Origin: a virus
Virus record (IMG/VR): IMGVR_UViG_3300024346_000041
Span: 11,405-75,404 of that record
Strand: one strand, 5' to 3'
Length of the DNA stretch: 64,000 nt
Of the stretch, positions 1-9,618 are shown in pieces. The notes under the pieces are model-generated. The model was not told the DNA's origin and ran no database searches. It worked only from the letters and a program-made list of their open reading frames with translations. The position numbers and the translations under genes were made by a program. Each line of letters opens with the position of its first letter. Within the stretch, counting starts at the first letter, position 1.

Positions 1-462
1 AATCCAATCGGCTGCAGCTTTAACTTCGCCAGAGTTACGCAAAGGGTAGCTTCTAGACTTGTTACCGTCTTCAAAGTTAACTACCATAGCGAAGTCAGAG
101 TCAGACAAGTCGTTCTCAGAATGTGCTCTGAGGGCTGCGTGCTTTTCTACAAGGCTGTCGACGTCTGCTCGGATTCCAAAGTAGTCAGCAGCTTTAAGTA
201 TTCGTGACTTGATTACAGAAGCCACCTTGCCAAGAGACTGTTCTTGGTCTAAAAAGTAAGACATTGAAACGTATGTTGCAGGCGAGCTGTGGCATGGGAA
301 CTTTAAAGTTCTAGTGTCGCCATAAACGTTAGGAGCTAGGTTGCCTCCTTGTCCTGTAATGTCCGACGTAGAAGCTGACTTAACAAACTCAGGAACTTCG
401 TAAAGCTTAGTCATACTATGCAACCCTACTCCAGCTCCATCATTAGATTGGTCTAAGATCAT
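1..462 (-). CDS. hypothetical phage protein, runs off the left edge (possible DUF6582-like repeats)
   Basis: Manually translated open frame MILDQSNDGAG...PEFVKSAS...KFPCHS...RSYPLRNSGEVKAAADWI, with no stop before position 1; not in the ORF track. Confidence 0.7.
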   Translation of the reverse strand, partial: MILDQSNDGAGVGLHSMTKLYEVPEFVKSASTSDITGQGGNLAPNVYGDTRTLKFPCHSSPATYVSMSYFLDQEQSLGKVASVIKSRILKAADYFGIRADVDSLVEKHAALRAHSENDLSDSDFAMVVNFEDGNKSRSYPLRNSGEVKAAADWI

Positions 463-2953
463 GGCAAATACTCCGATTAGTTTAAACTTCCATGCCGGTG
501 TTAGTTGGAACAAGGTGATGTCTATTCTAAACATCAAACCTAGTAGCAGCGCGCTACCAATTGAAATACCTTGCGCTTTCTGCCCAAGCAATCTTACCAT
601 ATATGACGATTACTCCACAACAGGACAATGGTTTTACTGCAAATCATGCCATAAGTCTGGAGACATGATAGAGCTTATGGCTGGAAAGCTTAAAATAACT
701 GTTAGTGAAGCCATTGCAGCGCTAGTAGCTAGCGGGGATATAGATGACTCGCCAGCTAATTACGGTAAAAAGGTACAAGACCTCTTAATACGAACAATAG
801 GCATGAGAGCCAAAGTACTTGAGTTATGGGAAAGGTGTAAAGAAAACAGCAAGAATATGCTACCAGACCACAGGGTCATAGCAGCTAAGATGGGGCTAAA
901 AATAGGTCATAACTGGGAAACGCTAGGAAGCACTCTTGTAGGGTTTTGCAATAAGCTAGACGTAGATAAAGCCCTTACTATGTCAAACAACGGGCATGAC
1001 CACGTAAACCTAGGAAACAACCGAACATTTACAGGAGAAGGATGGGACGAGGTATGCGTAATACCAGCCTTTGACATGCCAGGAAGAATAAAGACGCTTG
1101 TACTAATAGGAAACCTTGCTAGTCCAGAACTAAGAGTAGTGTGCAGGCACATCTCTTATAAGCTGTGGGGACCACACGACAATGAGTGCGGAATGCTATT
1201 CCTTGAAGAAGCATTAAGATCAAACCATACTAACATAGTTGTAAGCGGAGACATGGTAGACACTGTAAGACTCGCCTTAGACTATGTAGACAGGCACAAC
1301 AGTTTTCCACCTATACTAGCCATACCTGAAGACGAAGCAAGGCTGTCGGATGCATGGAGAGCGCTAAGCTCTGAAAACAAAATTATTACAGTAGTAGGTG
1401 AAAAAGCTGAAACACTGTCAGCGTCAAGCTCTGCGATAAGAATAGCTCAAAACCCAGGGTCTTGGGAGGCTGGATGGATGGGACCCTCAAAGTGGATAGC
1501 TAAAGTACATGCAGCTGGCGTTGTTAAAAAGAAAGTGGAGACGTCTCCACTGGATGTAGGTTGGGCAAGAGTAACTTACAACGGAGTTAGTTACGAAGAA
1601 AGACCAGACGGAATATACTGCAAAGAAAAGCTAATGTGCGATGCTATTCTTAAAATAGACAAGATAGCCATAGAAGGTTCTAAGAACTACTACACAGGAA
1701 GAATAAAATGTGGAGGCTTAGAAGCTCCGTTTAAAACTAACATGACTGCTATAGACCAGGCATTCTCAAAGTGGATTAAGGCATTCTGTATTAAAAACGA
1801 TATGCAACTGCCAGTATGTAACAATGGGTACGCTAAAGTCGCAGCAAAGATAGCTCTGCTTTCTAAACCTCCTGATAGAGAAGTACTTACCGCTGTAGCA
1901 GCAGAGAGGCAAGACATAGAATACAACTTCTGCAAGTTTGAAATAAACTCAAAAGGTGAAGTAATAGACATAAACACCTATAGAAAGCTTAACGGAACTG
2001 AATGCTTTATTAACGAGCCTATGACAGCATTTGAAAAAGGAGCCCTGTCAGACGAGAAGTCTGCTCTAGTATGGGCTGTAATAATACCTTGCATGGCTAA
2101 CGCAATAGCCAGCAAGATAGGCTTAGCTACGGTAGGAATAGGGGTAGACCCAGAATCTTTTGAAGATATTAAATTTATTGGAAATAAACTTGGATGCTAT
2201 ACGAATAAACTTACAGGACCAGTATTCACCAAGTCAGTCATATCTACTACATTATCTGACGAGACTAAAAGCACATTACCTGTAGTAATAGCTCCAGATA
2301 AACCAGACGCTCCTATTCAAAGGCTTGGAGTAGAAAAAGCTTCAGGGGCTAGAAACTGCATAATTCCAATGGACTACATGGCCCTACTTGGTTGCAGGAC
2401 CATATCTAGATGGGTATACCTAAAGCCAAGCGCCGTAGAGATAACCAGAGACACTGAATCAGCTTTAAACAAGCTTGCGCTAAGCTTTCTATCTTGGATG
2501 GCAAAAAGCGGTTACAAGACGGCAGGGTTCGATTTAATACACAAAACAGTTAATGCTTTAGAAGAGTGGTGCAACGCAAACAAGATAGCCACTAGCGGTT
2601 TAATCATGGGAGCTACCATGATAGATTCAGACCTGTCAAACAGCCTAAACAAGTCGATAACAAACTCGTTCACTGCTCTGTGTGGTAAATTTAGCAATAT
2701 GGGTTACTTTGAAAAGTCATGTAAGCGTAAGTCAACAAGAGTGGTTAAGTTTGGAGAATCTATGTGGGTAGAGTGCAGAGAGCTATTTAATGCATGTAAA
2801 GCTCACAACGTACCTCTACTTGAACCAAGCAGGCTAGCTCAAGCACTGTTAGCTACAAAAACAATACTAGACTACGCTAACAATCCAGACACAAGAATAC
2901 CTTGCTGGGTGATAGACCCAATTATCTGGGATGAGTGGTCTACCAAGCTTTAG
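461..2953 (+). CDS. primase-like multidomain protein (CHC2-type Zn finger, degenerate DnaG/TOPRIM-like region, unknown C-terminus)
   Basis: CAFC...FYCKSCHKSGDMIELM resembles the primase Zn-binding domain; IPAFDMPGRI and IVVSGDMVD resemble degenerate DnaG motifs. Confidence 0.55.
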   Translation: MANTPISLNFHAGVSWNKVMSILNIKPSSSALPIEIPCAFCPSNLTIYDDYSTTGQWFYCKSCHKSGDMIELMAGKLKITVSEAIAALVASGDIDDSPANYGKKVQDLLIRTIGMRAKVLELWERCKENSKNMLPDHRVIAAKMGLKIGHNWETLGSTLVGFCNKLDVDKALTMSNNGHDHVNLGNNRTFTGEGWDEVCVIPAFDMPGRIKTLVLIGNLASPELRVVCRHISYKLWGPHDNECGMLFLEEALRSNHTNIVVSGDMVDTVRLALDYVDRHNSFPPILAIPEDEARLSDAWRALSSENKIITVVGEKAETLSASSSAIRIAQNPGSWEAGWMGPSKWIAKVHAAGVVKKKVETSPLDVGWARVTYNGVSYEERPDGIYCKEKLMCDAILKIDKIAIEGSKNYYTGRIKCGGLEAPFKTNMTAIDQAFSKWIKAFCIKNDMQLPVCNNGYAKVAAKIALLSKPPDREVLTAVAAERQDIEYNFCKFEINSKGEVIDINTYRKLNGTECFINEPMTAFEKGALSDEKSALVWAVIIPCMANAIASKIGLATVGIGVDPESFEDIKFIGNKLGCYTNKLTGPVFTKSVISTTLSDETKSTLPVVIAPDKPDAPIQRLGVEKASGARNCIIPMDYMALLGCRTISRWVYLKPSAVEITRDTESALNKLALSFLSWMAKSGYKTAGFDLIHKTVNALEEWCNANKIATSGLIMGATMIDSDLSNSLNKSITNSFTALCGKFSNMGYFEKSCKRKSTRVVKFGESMWVECRELFNACKAHNVPLLEPSRLAQALLATKTILDYANNPDTRIPCWVIDPIIWDEWSTKL
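1534..1551. repeat. dispersed palindrome AGTGGAGACGTCTCCACT
   Basis: Exact 18-bp palindrome inside a CDS, read as VETSPL. Confidence 0.95.
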
Positions 2954-4815
2954 GTGTTCCAGCCTGACATTCCTGATTCCATAGACTGCTCTCTAGTAAC
3001 AGAGTACTTGTCCGTCTTAAAGTCAGGCCACCTTCCTGTCATGTGCCATAAACACAAAGCTCCAATGTTGACTGACTGGGCAAAGTCATCAGACATGGCT
3101 GGGTTTCTCTGAATAGTGTAAATATCAGATCCAGCAGCTGTAGTTGTCTTGTTCTCGATTAAGGCTAAAAAGTCTTGAATAAGGCCAGGGTCTTCAGAGC
3201 TAACGTAATCGTAAGCAAAAAATCTTATCTTCTTAGTTCTAATAGCAGAGCACGTAGTAAGCAGGCTTCTAGTTTTATCAGCTCTGTAGTAAGGCCTAGG
3301 GTGAGTTGGAGAAGCCGGAACGTATGTAAACATACCTTTGCTAGCGGCCCTAACGTACTGCACCGGAAGAAGACTAGACGGCGATATACCCGACTGAACA
3401 AGAACTGTTTCTCTGACTACACCTGCTCCTGAGAAGTCATGAGTTATAAACTCGCATTTGTACATTCTGTAGATCTTTAGGCACTCTGCAGCTTCAGCCA
3501 TGTGATCATGAGGTGTAAGCAGACGCTTAGCCCATATAACCTCTATTAGTCCAGTAGCTGTTATTCCCATTACAGCAAGAACGGTCAAGCTTACGCCCTT
3601 CTCACCGCCGCCACCCCAGTCAACTGCTAGTACTCGATGTGCATACTTTTTAAGCATGTCGTCTTTGCAATTAGTTGATGGGTCTCTAGGGTTGTTTTTA
3701 AGGTCTGGATTTGAAGCTGCTTGTAGTTCAAGCATGGACACAAGCTGTAAGCCTGCTCCAGAGCTTTCACCTAGTACTTCGTTTAAGAACTTCTCATGCG
3801 TATAGTTTCCCATCCCTTCTCTCTTTGCATTCAACTCAGCCCACTTATCAGGTCGTGAGTAGTGAATATGCATAATTGGTTGCGGAATATGATAACCAGC
3901 GTAGTTTAACCTTCTTTCAGGGTGTTTGTGAATCCATCTTCCATTTCTAGGATGAATAATAGCGAAGCATTTAGCACAGACTGTGCCGGGACGCTCTTCG
4001 CATATGTCAGCCCTAACCGGGCCAATCATGGCAATAAGGTCATGGTTAACAGATGAAACATTTAGATACTTGCAGGCGCTACAGGTTATACACCACTCAG
4101 CCTGTGAAGATGACAGCCATTCTCTTTCAATGGTGTTATCAAGTGTCTTAGGGGTTCCAGCTAACTTCATAGTACCCCATTCGCTAGCTGACATGGTTTC
4201 ACGGATAACTGGTATATGGTCACCATCCATATCCTGAACTTCGTCAATAACCACTTGATCAGCACGAATACCACGCACTCGGTCGGCGTCGAGTAAGGCA
4301 AACGAGAACTGCATCATGCTGTTGTTGCGAAAGCTTCGCTGCAAAACGCTGTTCTCTGTCTCTGGGCCTATCAATACTGATTTAACCGGAGACTGCTCTA
4401 TAAAAGGGCGAACGTAGTTACTGGATAGGCGGCGCACCTGTTCAAACAAAGGAGTAATATAAAGGTTTCTAAAGTAAGGTATAGTGGCACAAGTTATAAC
4501 TCCATGCGCCGAGATAACCGTGCTTTTACCAACCTGACGCCCAGTCTTCAATATGGTGCGCCTAGGCATATAAACATTGAAGAGTGACTCAAATTGATAG
4601 TGCTTTTCTAAGCTGTAAGGTTTACCATCGAGATTGAGTATTGCTGGTAGAATACAGGATAGGTTGGGAATACCTCCCTGTTTTATTCTGGCTACTACTT
4701 CGTCTAGGCTCTTTTGGCTTTTAGAGGCTTTATCTGTTGGGTTTGGAGTACTAATCATGTTATACAGAATCTCTGAGAGGGTAGAGGACGAGTATGGTTC
4801 TGACGGATACAGCAT
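2950..4815 (-). CDS. terL: terminase large subunit (GpA-like)
   Basis: Walker A KTGRQVGKST, Walker B VVIDEVQD, GTPKT coupling motif, Cys-rich insert, FLNEVLG, nuclease motif AVDWGGG; true start may be downstream (MISTPNP). Confidence 0.9.
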   Translation of the reverse strand: MLYPSEPYSSSTLSEILYNMISTPNPTDKASKSQKSLDEVVARIKQGGIPNLSCILPAILNLDGKPYSLEKHYQFESLFNVYMPRRTILKTGRQVGKSTVISAHGVITCATIPYFRNLYITPLFEQVRRLSSNYVRPFIEQSPVKSVLIGPETENSVLQRSFRNNSMMQFSFALLDADRVRGIRADQVVIDEVQDMDGDHIPVIRETMSASEWGTMKLAGTPKTLDNTIEREWLSSSQAEWCITCSACKYLNVSSVNHDLIAMIGPVRADICEERPGTVCAKCFAIIHPRNGRWIHKHPERRLNYAGYHIPQPIMHIHYSRPDKWAELNAKREGMGNYTHEKFLNEVLGESSGAGLQLVSMLELQAASNPDLKNNPRDPSTNCKDDMLKKYAHRVLAVDWGGGGEKGVSLTVLAVMGITATGLIEVIWAKRLLTPHDHMAEAAECLKIYRMYKCEFITHDFSGAGVVRETVLVQSGISPSSLLPVQYVRAASKGMFTYVPASPTHPRPYYRADKTRSLLTTCSAIRTKKIRFFAYDYVSSEDPGLIQDFLALIENKTTTAAGSDIYTIQRNPAMSDDFAQSVNIGALCLWHMTGRWPDFKTDKYSVTREQSMESGMSGWNT

Positions 4816-4946
4816 GGCTGATTCAATGGAGCCGATAGGCCTAGCCTGTCTTATAGCTCTATTGATGGTCTTAGCCTTCGCTGGATTCTAGCCTTGTAAG
4901 CCCGTTAGGTACATACACTTACTTTAAAAAAAGAGGTAAAGTTTCA

Positions 4947-5156
4947 ATGGCAAACCGTTCACCTAAGAGGTTTTTAGAGCGTTCAGGATTGATTTCAACC
5001 CAAAGACTGCCAGCTAGTAGACTGGCACTTGGAAACTTAGCTTCCATGAATTATCCACTTAAGCCTCCTTACGATATAGAGCACAATCGACCTAATGAAG
5101 GGTCGCCGCCTCCTGATAGAGGTATATCACGTGAATGGCCCTATGGAACTCTATAA
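4947..5156 (+). CDS. hypothetical protein
   Basis: ORF with an upstream GAGG RBS. Confidence 0.5.
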   Translation: MANRSPKRFLERSGLISTQRLPASRLALGNLASMNYPLKPPYDIEHNRPNEGSPPPDRGISREWPYGTL

Positions 5157-5452
5157 TAATAATGAGCTATAGATTGTACACTCCTGAAGACGATAAGGTA
5201 ACAATAAGCTTTTGGGTAATAGCTGGCGGCCTAGTAGCTGCAGCTGCTCTAAAGTCTATGATTCCTATTTGTTTTAGCTTTGTTCTTTGTTACATATTTT
5301 TACGAACCGATAGTAATATCAATGAGGGTAAGCCTTTCTGGGCGCCAGGGAAGTTTACTCGCCATCTTGACAGCTCCTATATAAGACTAACAAAAGGTCG
5401 ATATAACGGTAGCGGCTATCATCGTAAGAGGAGATCTAAGAACAGGTATTAA
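5135..5452 (+). CDS. small membrane protein
   Basis: Hydrophobic segments followed by a basic tail. Confidence 0.5.
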   Translation: MALWNSIIIMSYRLYTPEDDKVTISFWVIAGGLVAAAALKSMIPICFSFVLCYIFLRTDSNINEGKPFWAPGKFTRHLDSSYIRLTKGRYNGSGYHRKRRSKNRY

Positions 5453-5518
5453 GGAGGACAGACCGATTCCAGCAATAAAGGATCGGTCTGTTATTTTACT
5501 AATCAAGGAAGTCCAAGC

Positions 5519-6091
5519 ATGAAGCTTGTAATAGTAGGATGTGGAAGAAGTGGAACGTCCGCTGTACACTCACAACTAAAAGCTGCTGGGTTCAAAATAG
5601 GTCATGAAGTTTTACAGGAAGACGGAGGAATAGGTTGGCCTATGCTAATGAGTAGGCTCAAAAACATATGGCAGCCTTTAAACCCTACTGTGCTTCATCA
5701 AGTTAGAGAGCCCTGGTCGGCTATATCTAGCCTAACCACTCACAAAATGTCTTTATGGAAAGCTGTGTCAAAAGAATCAGCTGGTTTATTAGAAATAAAA
5801 AATAGCGCTCTAAGGGCAGCTATGTTTTGGATAAATTGGAACAAGCTGTGTATGCAGCTAACTGACAAGTTTTATAGAGTTGAGGACCTTAGGTCAAGCA
5901 GCAGCGAAGGTTACTACTTGCTTACAAGCGCATTAGCAATAAACAAACTACCTAAACCTACAAAAGTAAATTCAAGAAAGCATGCAAAATTAAAAAGAAA
6001 CGACTTTGAAAAGTGGCCAAAAGTAGTAGAAGAAATAGATAATATGTCTCACTTATTTGGGTATTCTAGACTTGATAATTACTCTATATAG
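5519..6091 (+). CDS. sulfotransferase-family protein
   Basis: N-terminal VGCGRSGTS (PAPS-binding loop), HQVREPWSAISS, YRVEDL. Confidence 0.7.
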   Translation: MKLVIVGCGRSGTSAVHSQLKAAGFKIGHEVLQEDGGIGWPMLMSRLKNIWQPLNPTVLHQVREPWSAISSLTTHKMSLWKAVSKESAGLLEIKNSALRAAMFWINWNKLCMQLTDKFYRVEDLRSSSSEGYYLLTSALAINKLPKPTKVNSRKHAKLKRNDFEKWPKVVEEIDNMSHLFGYSRLDNYSI

Positions 6092-6434
6092 CAAGGAGGC
6101 TAGATTGATAGAAGCAATTATAACAACTTTAATAGTTGCATTAGCAAGCAAAGGAACTTTAGATGCTTGGTTTGATGGCACTATATTCTCTACAGCTAGA
6201 GCTCACGCTGAAGCTTGGAGAGAATCTAAATCAGCATACACATCATTGGCTGGAGAACTTTTATCTTGCCGATTTTGTCTTGGATACCACGTATCATTTT
6301 GGATTACAGTTTTATGTTGCTTTAATGGCCTCAGCTTTATACTGTTACTGCCTGTGTGGTTGGCAAGTAGAGCTATTGAGCATGAATTAGAACTAGAGCT
6401 TAGGAGACGTAATGAGCGAAGAGATAATGATTAA
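6057..6434 (+). CDS. DUF1360-like membrane protein
   Basis: GELLSCRFCLGYHVSF motif between hydrophobic helices. Confidence 0.65.
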   Translation: MGILDLIITLYSKEARLIEAIITTLIVALASKGTLDAWFDGTIFSTARAHAEAWRESKSAYTSLAGELLSCRFCLGYHVSFWITVLCCFNGLSFILLLPVWLASRAIEHELELELRRRNERRDND

Positions 6435-6810
6435 ACAGTCGGAAGCAGTAAAAACAGTAAAGCTTAGACACGAAGAAGCTACTGATAGGTTTACTGAAGT
6501 TATAAATGAAGTGCTTGAAAACATTCCTGAAGTTAGATCTGTAGCTTTAGTAATAGACTGGTCAGTAGGGCAGGAACTATTTCCTTACGGAATAATGATA
6601 GGAAGACGCGGGTCAGTAAATAGGCCTGATGAGCTTTATAGCTTGATGATACAAACAGCCAAGCTAGTAAGACACCAGTCCGATGTAATGGCCGGTATAT
6701 TGGCAGGGATGGATAAACTTGCTAGCGATTTAGCTTCGCAAATAACTAAACTTAAGAAAGAGCTAAATAACTCAGAAGCCCAACTAGAAGCTATGAAAGG
6801 CAAAGTTTAA
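6412..6810 (+). CDS. hypothetical protein with C-terminal coiled coil
   Basis: AGGAG RBS; heptad-rich tail. Confidence 0.65.
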   Translation: MSEEIMIKQSEAVKTVKLRHEEATDRFTEVINEVLENIPEVRSVALVIDWSVGQELFPYGIMIGRRGSVNRPDELYSLMIQTAKLVRHQSDVMAGILAGMDKLASDLASQITKLKKELNNSEAQLEAMKGKV

Positions 6811-6811
6811 T

Positions 6812-7024
6812 ATGAAAAAAAGCAGGCAATTAAAGGCGGAAAGGGTTATACTACTTAGTAGCAGAAGGATGGCCTCTAGAATATTTAAGGTACAACCAAG
6901 GGCCATGCCACTAAGCAAATTTAACGAAGACTTCTGTGAAAGGGTACGAGAGTTGTATGAAAGAAAATTCAAGATACCGGACAGGCTTGTAAGAGCCTAC
7001 GACCTTGCAAGCCTAGTCCGGTAA
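6812..7024 (+). CDS. small basic hypothetical protein
   Basis: Tightly coupled to the upstream ORF. Confidence 0.55.
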   Translation: MKKSRQLKAERVILLSSRRMASRIFKVQPRAMPLSKFNEDFCERVRELYERKFKIPDRLVRAYDLASLVR

Positions 7025-7035
7025 GGAAGTGAGGC

Positions 7036-7200
7036 TTGAAAAGTGTCAAAATAGTCGGTGTTGAACTACTCAAGTTTAACAAATACTTAGTCATACCGTC
7101 TTGTAAGCATTCCTTTGTGAATGATACAAGTGTAGTCAAACTAAAGGACGTGCCAGACCGCATAATGTGTTCTCGTTGCAAGTCTATTGATAAGCCCTGA
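7036..7200 (+). CDS. small putative Zn-binding protein (54 aa, not in track)
   Basis: TTG start; MKSVKIVG...SCKH...CSRCKSIDKP. Confidence 0.5.
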   Translation: MKSVKIVGVELLKFNKYLVIPSCKHSFVNDTSVVKLKDVPDRIMCSRCKSIDKP

Positions 7201-7234
7201 TCGAAATCTTAGGCGGGTAACGATTAGGACATGC

Positions 7235-7265
7235 GCCGTGGCTCTCGTTGAGTCACGGCTTTTTT
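7235..7265 (+). terminator. Rho-independent terminator
   Basis: GCCGTGGCTC/GAGTCACGGC stem followed by T6. Confidence 0.8.
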
Positions 7266-7296
7266 CGTATCTACAGTTACTTAAAAGGAGCACATC

Positions 7297-7602
7297 ATGA
7301 AAAGTAAATCAGTTAAAGCTACTAACGAAAATACCTCTAGTAACAATGTTAAAACAATTACAGTTGACAATGCATCAATACTTAAAACAAAAACAGTATA
7401 CGTTCTTGAAAAAAGTGACTTAGACGATTTAATGATAGCTTTAGTAAACTACGTTGAACTTAAAGAAGATATAACCAAAGGTAATTTAGCAATAAAGAAG
7501 TTTAGTATAGATATTACATACGAGCTAAATGGAGAGGTTAATATGAGACAAAGCTATGGAGCATCATCAAATAAAGATGCTTGGAGAAGACCAGCATTAT
7601 AA
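7297..7602 (+). CDS. hypothetical protein (paralog of 7637..8086)
   Basis: AAGGAG RBS; shares MKSKSVKA and DxDDLMxAL with the next ORF. Confidence 0.7.
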   Translation: MKSKSVKATNENTSSNNVKTITVDNASILKTKTVYVLEKSDLDDLMIALVNYVELKEDITKGNLAIKKFSIDITYELNGEVNMRQSYGASSNKDAWRRPAL

Positions 7603-7636
7603 CTACTAACAAAAGTAAAACATTAAAGGAAAAACC

Positions 7637-8086
7637 ATGAAAAGCAAATCAGTAAAAGCTAAAAGTAAAGTAAAAGCTAAAAGCAAAATAGTTAAAACAG
7701 TCAAGAAAACAAAAGTGCCAATCTCAGGTAATCCTCTTTACCTAAAGTTTGGCAGAGACATAGTAGAAATAGAAGGTAACAAACACGGAAAAATAGTTAG
7801 GAAAGAGTTACATATAGACGCTGATAAGATTAAAACAAAAAAAGACGGTAAGTACATTTACAATAGATACGACTACGACGATTTAATGGGAGCTCTAGCA
7901 CGCATGGTAGCCATGTGTAACAGGCGACTTCCACTTGGTAACGATCCAATAGAGATCACAGACTTTTGTATTTCTGTAGCTTATAAGACTACAGAGGTTA
8001 TGAAGCACCCTGACCTTAAAGATATGAGAGCTATGGTCAATGGATCACAAAGATTAGCTTGGTTAAGGCCTGGCGATAAGGAATAA
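7637..8086 (+). CDS. hypothetical protein (paralog of 7297..7602)
   Basis: AAGGA RBS; Lys-rich N-terminus. Confidence 0.7.
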   Translation: MKSKSVKAKSKVKAKSKIVKTVKKTKVPISGNPLYLKFGRDIVEIEGNKHGKIVRKELHIDADKIKTKKDGKYIYNRYDYDDLMGALARMVAMCNRRLPLGNDPIEITDFCISVAYKTTEVMKHPDLKDMRAMVNGSQRLAWLRPGDKE

Positions 8087-8188
8087 CATGAAGGGTTTAC
8101 CGAGACCTTCATGTTGGTTTGGGAGCCCTTGGTGAGATAAGGGCAGCCCGTAGATAGGTTCTGCGGGCATCCCAAACATCTAACTTTT
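8085..8188 (+). ncRNA. putative structured intergenic RNA (long hairpin plus three-way junction)
   Basis: Stems 8085-8094/8106-8115, 8117-8124/8170-8177, 8125-8130/8139-8144 and 8146-8154/8160-8168. Confidence 0.45.
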
Positions 8189-8201
8189 AACAAGGCTAAA
8201 C

Positions 8202-8366
8202 ATGATAGATAAAAAAAGTAAATGTAAATGCCCTAAGTGCAACAGGGTAGTTAAGAAGTTTCATCACTTAGCGTCGTACGCAGACAGGCTCTGCGCAAAA
8301 TGCCTGGATAAACACGTCAACAAGGTTGGAAATTTTAAACCTATAAAGGAGGGTGACGATGAGTAA
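8202..8366 (+). CDS. small Zn-finger protein (54 aa, not in track)
   Basis: MIDKKSKCKCPKC...LCAKC. Confidence 0.55.
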   Translation: MIDKKSKCKCPKCNRVVKKFHHLASYADRLCAKCLDKHVNKVGNFKPIKEGDDE

Positions 8367-8676
8367 TAGCATAGAAGTTCCTGCTCGGGTCTCGTCTTAT
8401 TTAACAAATACACTAAACAGAATGCCGTTCGAGCAGCTTCTCACCCTGTTCTTAAAGGGAGCATGCCGTCATACAGGCATACCTAATACTGGTGAATTAA
8501 ACCTTGAGCTTGAGGCAGTAAAGCTGGAGTGCATAGCACTAGATACATACAAATTTACATTTCGTGTAATACACGAATGCCCAGACGACAGAACGCATTA
8601 CGTGGTTGATAAAACCATAGAGGTCCTATCTGTAGCCGCTGCTGTATGGGGGCGTATAGGAGGTGGTCTACAATGA
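8353..8676 (+). CDS. hypothetical protein
   Basis: AGGAGG RBS. Confidence 0.6.
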   Translation: MTMSNSIEVPARVSSYLTNTLNRMPFEQLLTLFLKGACRHTGIPNTGELNLELEAVKLECIALDTYKFTFRVIHECPDDRTHYVVDKTIEVLSVAAAVWGRIGGGLQ

Positions 8677-8915
8677 CATGGAACCCTAGGCCTTCAGACA
8701 TAGAGTGGACTCGTAACGTCATAGCTATGCTAAAAGAAGGTGGCTCTTGGGTTATTCCTATGACTGGTCAAACCTTTGTAAAACAAGGAGACAAGTTAAT
8801 ACTAATAGACTCAATGCCAACCGACTCTTACGGAGAAGAAGCTCAAGCTGATATGTTTCAAAAAGTTCTTGAGATCGGAAAACAATTAAACATAAAGGTA
8901 GAGAAACAAAAATGA
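8646..8915 (+). CDS. hypothetical protein (likely start MTWNP at 8673)
   Basis: GGAGG RBS and ATGA coupling. Confidence 0.6.
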   Translation: MGAYRRWSTMTWNPRPSDIEWTRNVIAMLKEGGSWVIPMTGQTFVKQGDKLILIDSMPTDSYGEEAQADMFQKVLEIGKQLNIKVEKQK

Positions 8916-9151
8916 CAGTCGACGAAGCAATAGAATTTATGCAAGAGTTAAAAACCCAAGGAAAGAAGCACATAATTGTAGGAGTTTGGACCGCAGATCT
9001 CTTTGAAGTCAAGGATGACGACGCTTGGGGCGAAGTAGCTAAGGACATAGACGACAACGCTACTAGCTTATGGGATGATATGTTTTCAAACCTTCAGTTT
9101 GCAGTTGATAGCGCCTCTGAAGGCGTAACTGTTACACGAACAGAAGAATAA
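8912..9151 (+). CDS. acidic hypothetical protein
   Basis: ATGA overlap with the upstream gene. Confidence 0.6.
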   Translation: MTVDEAIEFMQELKTQGKKHIIVGVWTADLFEVKDDDAWGEVAKDIDDNATSLWDDMFSNLQFAVDSASEGVTVTRTEE

Positions 9152-9153
9152 AC

Positions 9154-9618
9154 ATGAACATCTTCGTGTTATCTGAGAATGTCAAGGAAGCAGCCGAGTG
9201 GCACGTAGATAGACACGTTGTAAAGATGCCTTTAGAGTCAGCACAGATGCTGTGCACAGCTTTAATAATAAACGGCTGCAATGACGTGGCATACAAGCCA
9301 GCTCACGTTAAGCATCCATGCACCTTGTGGGCTGCAGCAACTAGAAGTAACTTCGAGTGGCTGTGCAGGCTGGGTATAGAGTTATGCGCTGAATACACTT
9401 ATAGGTACGGAAGAGAGCATGCTTCAGAGAAAGTAATACGTAGCTGCTATGAGAAGCATAGTAGCATACCTCCAGGTTCGTTGACTAGCTTTGCTCAAGC
9501 TATGCCCATAGAGTACAAAGGGGAGTGCGCTATAACGGCTTACAGGCTGTACTATGTTAAAGGTAAAAGCCACTTGGCTTCTTGGAAGCACAGAAGTAAG
9601 CCTGATTGGTTCTTGTAA
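9154..9618 (+). CDS. pyrimidine-dimer DNA glycosylase / endonuclease V family protein
   Basis: MNIFVL...HVVKMPLESAQML...YKPAHVKHPCTLW...FAQAMP...AYRLYY family signature. Confidence 0.8.
   Translation: MNIFVLSENVKEAAEWHVDRHVVKMPLESAQMLCTALIINGCNDVAYKPAHVKHPCTLWAAATRSNFEWLCRLGIELCAEYTYRYGREHASEKVIRSCYEKHSSIPPGSLTSFAQAMPIEYKGECAITAYRLYYVKGKSHLASWKHRSKPDWFL

Noticed and set aside
8085-8188. tRNA or hammerhead ribozyme
   Set aside because: No T-loop GTTCRA, no 7-nt anticodon arm layout, and no CTGATGA/GAAA core
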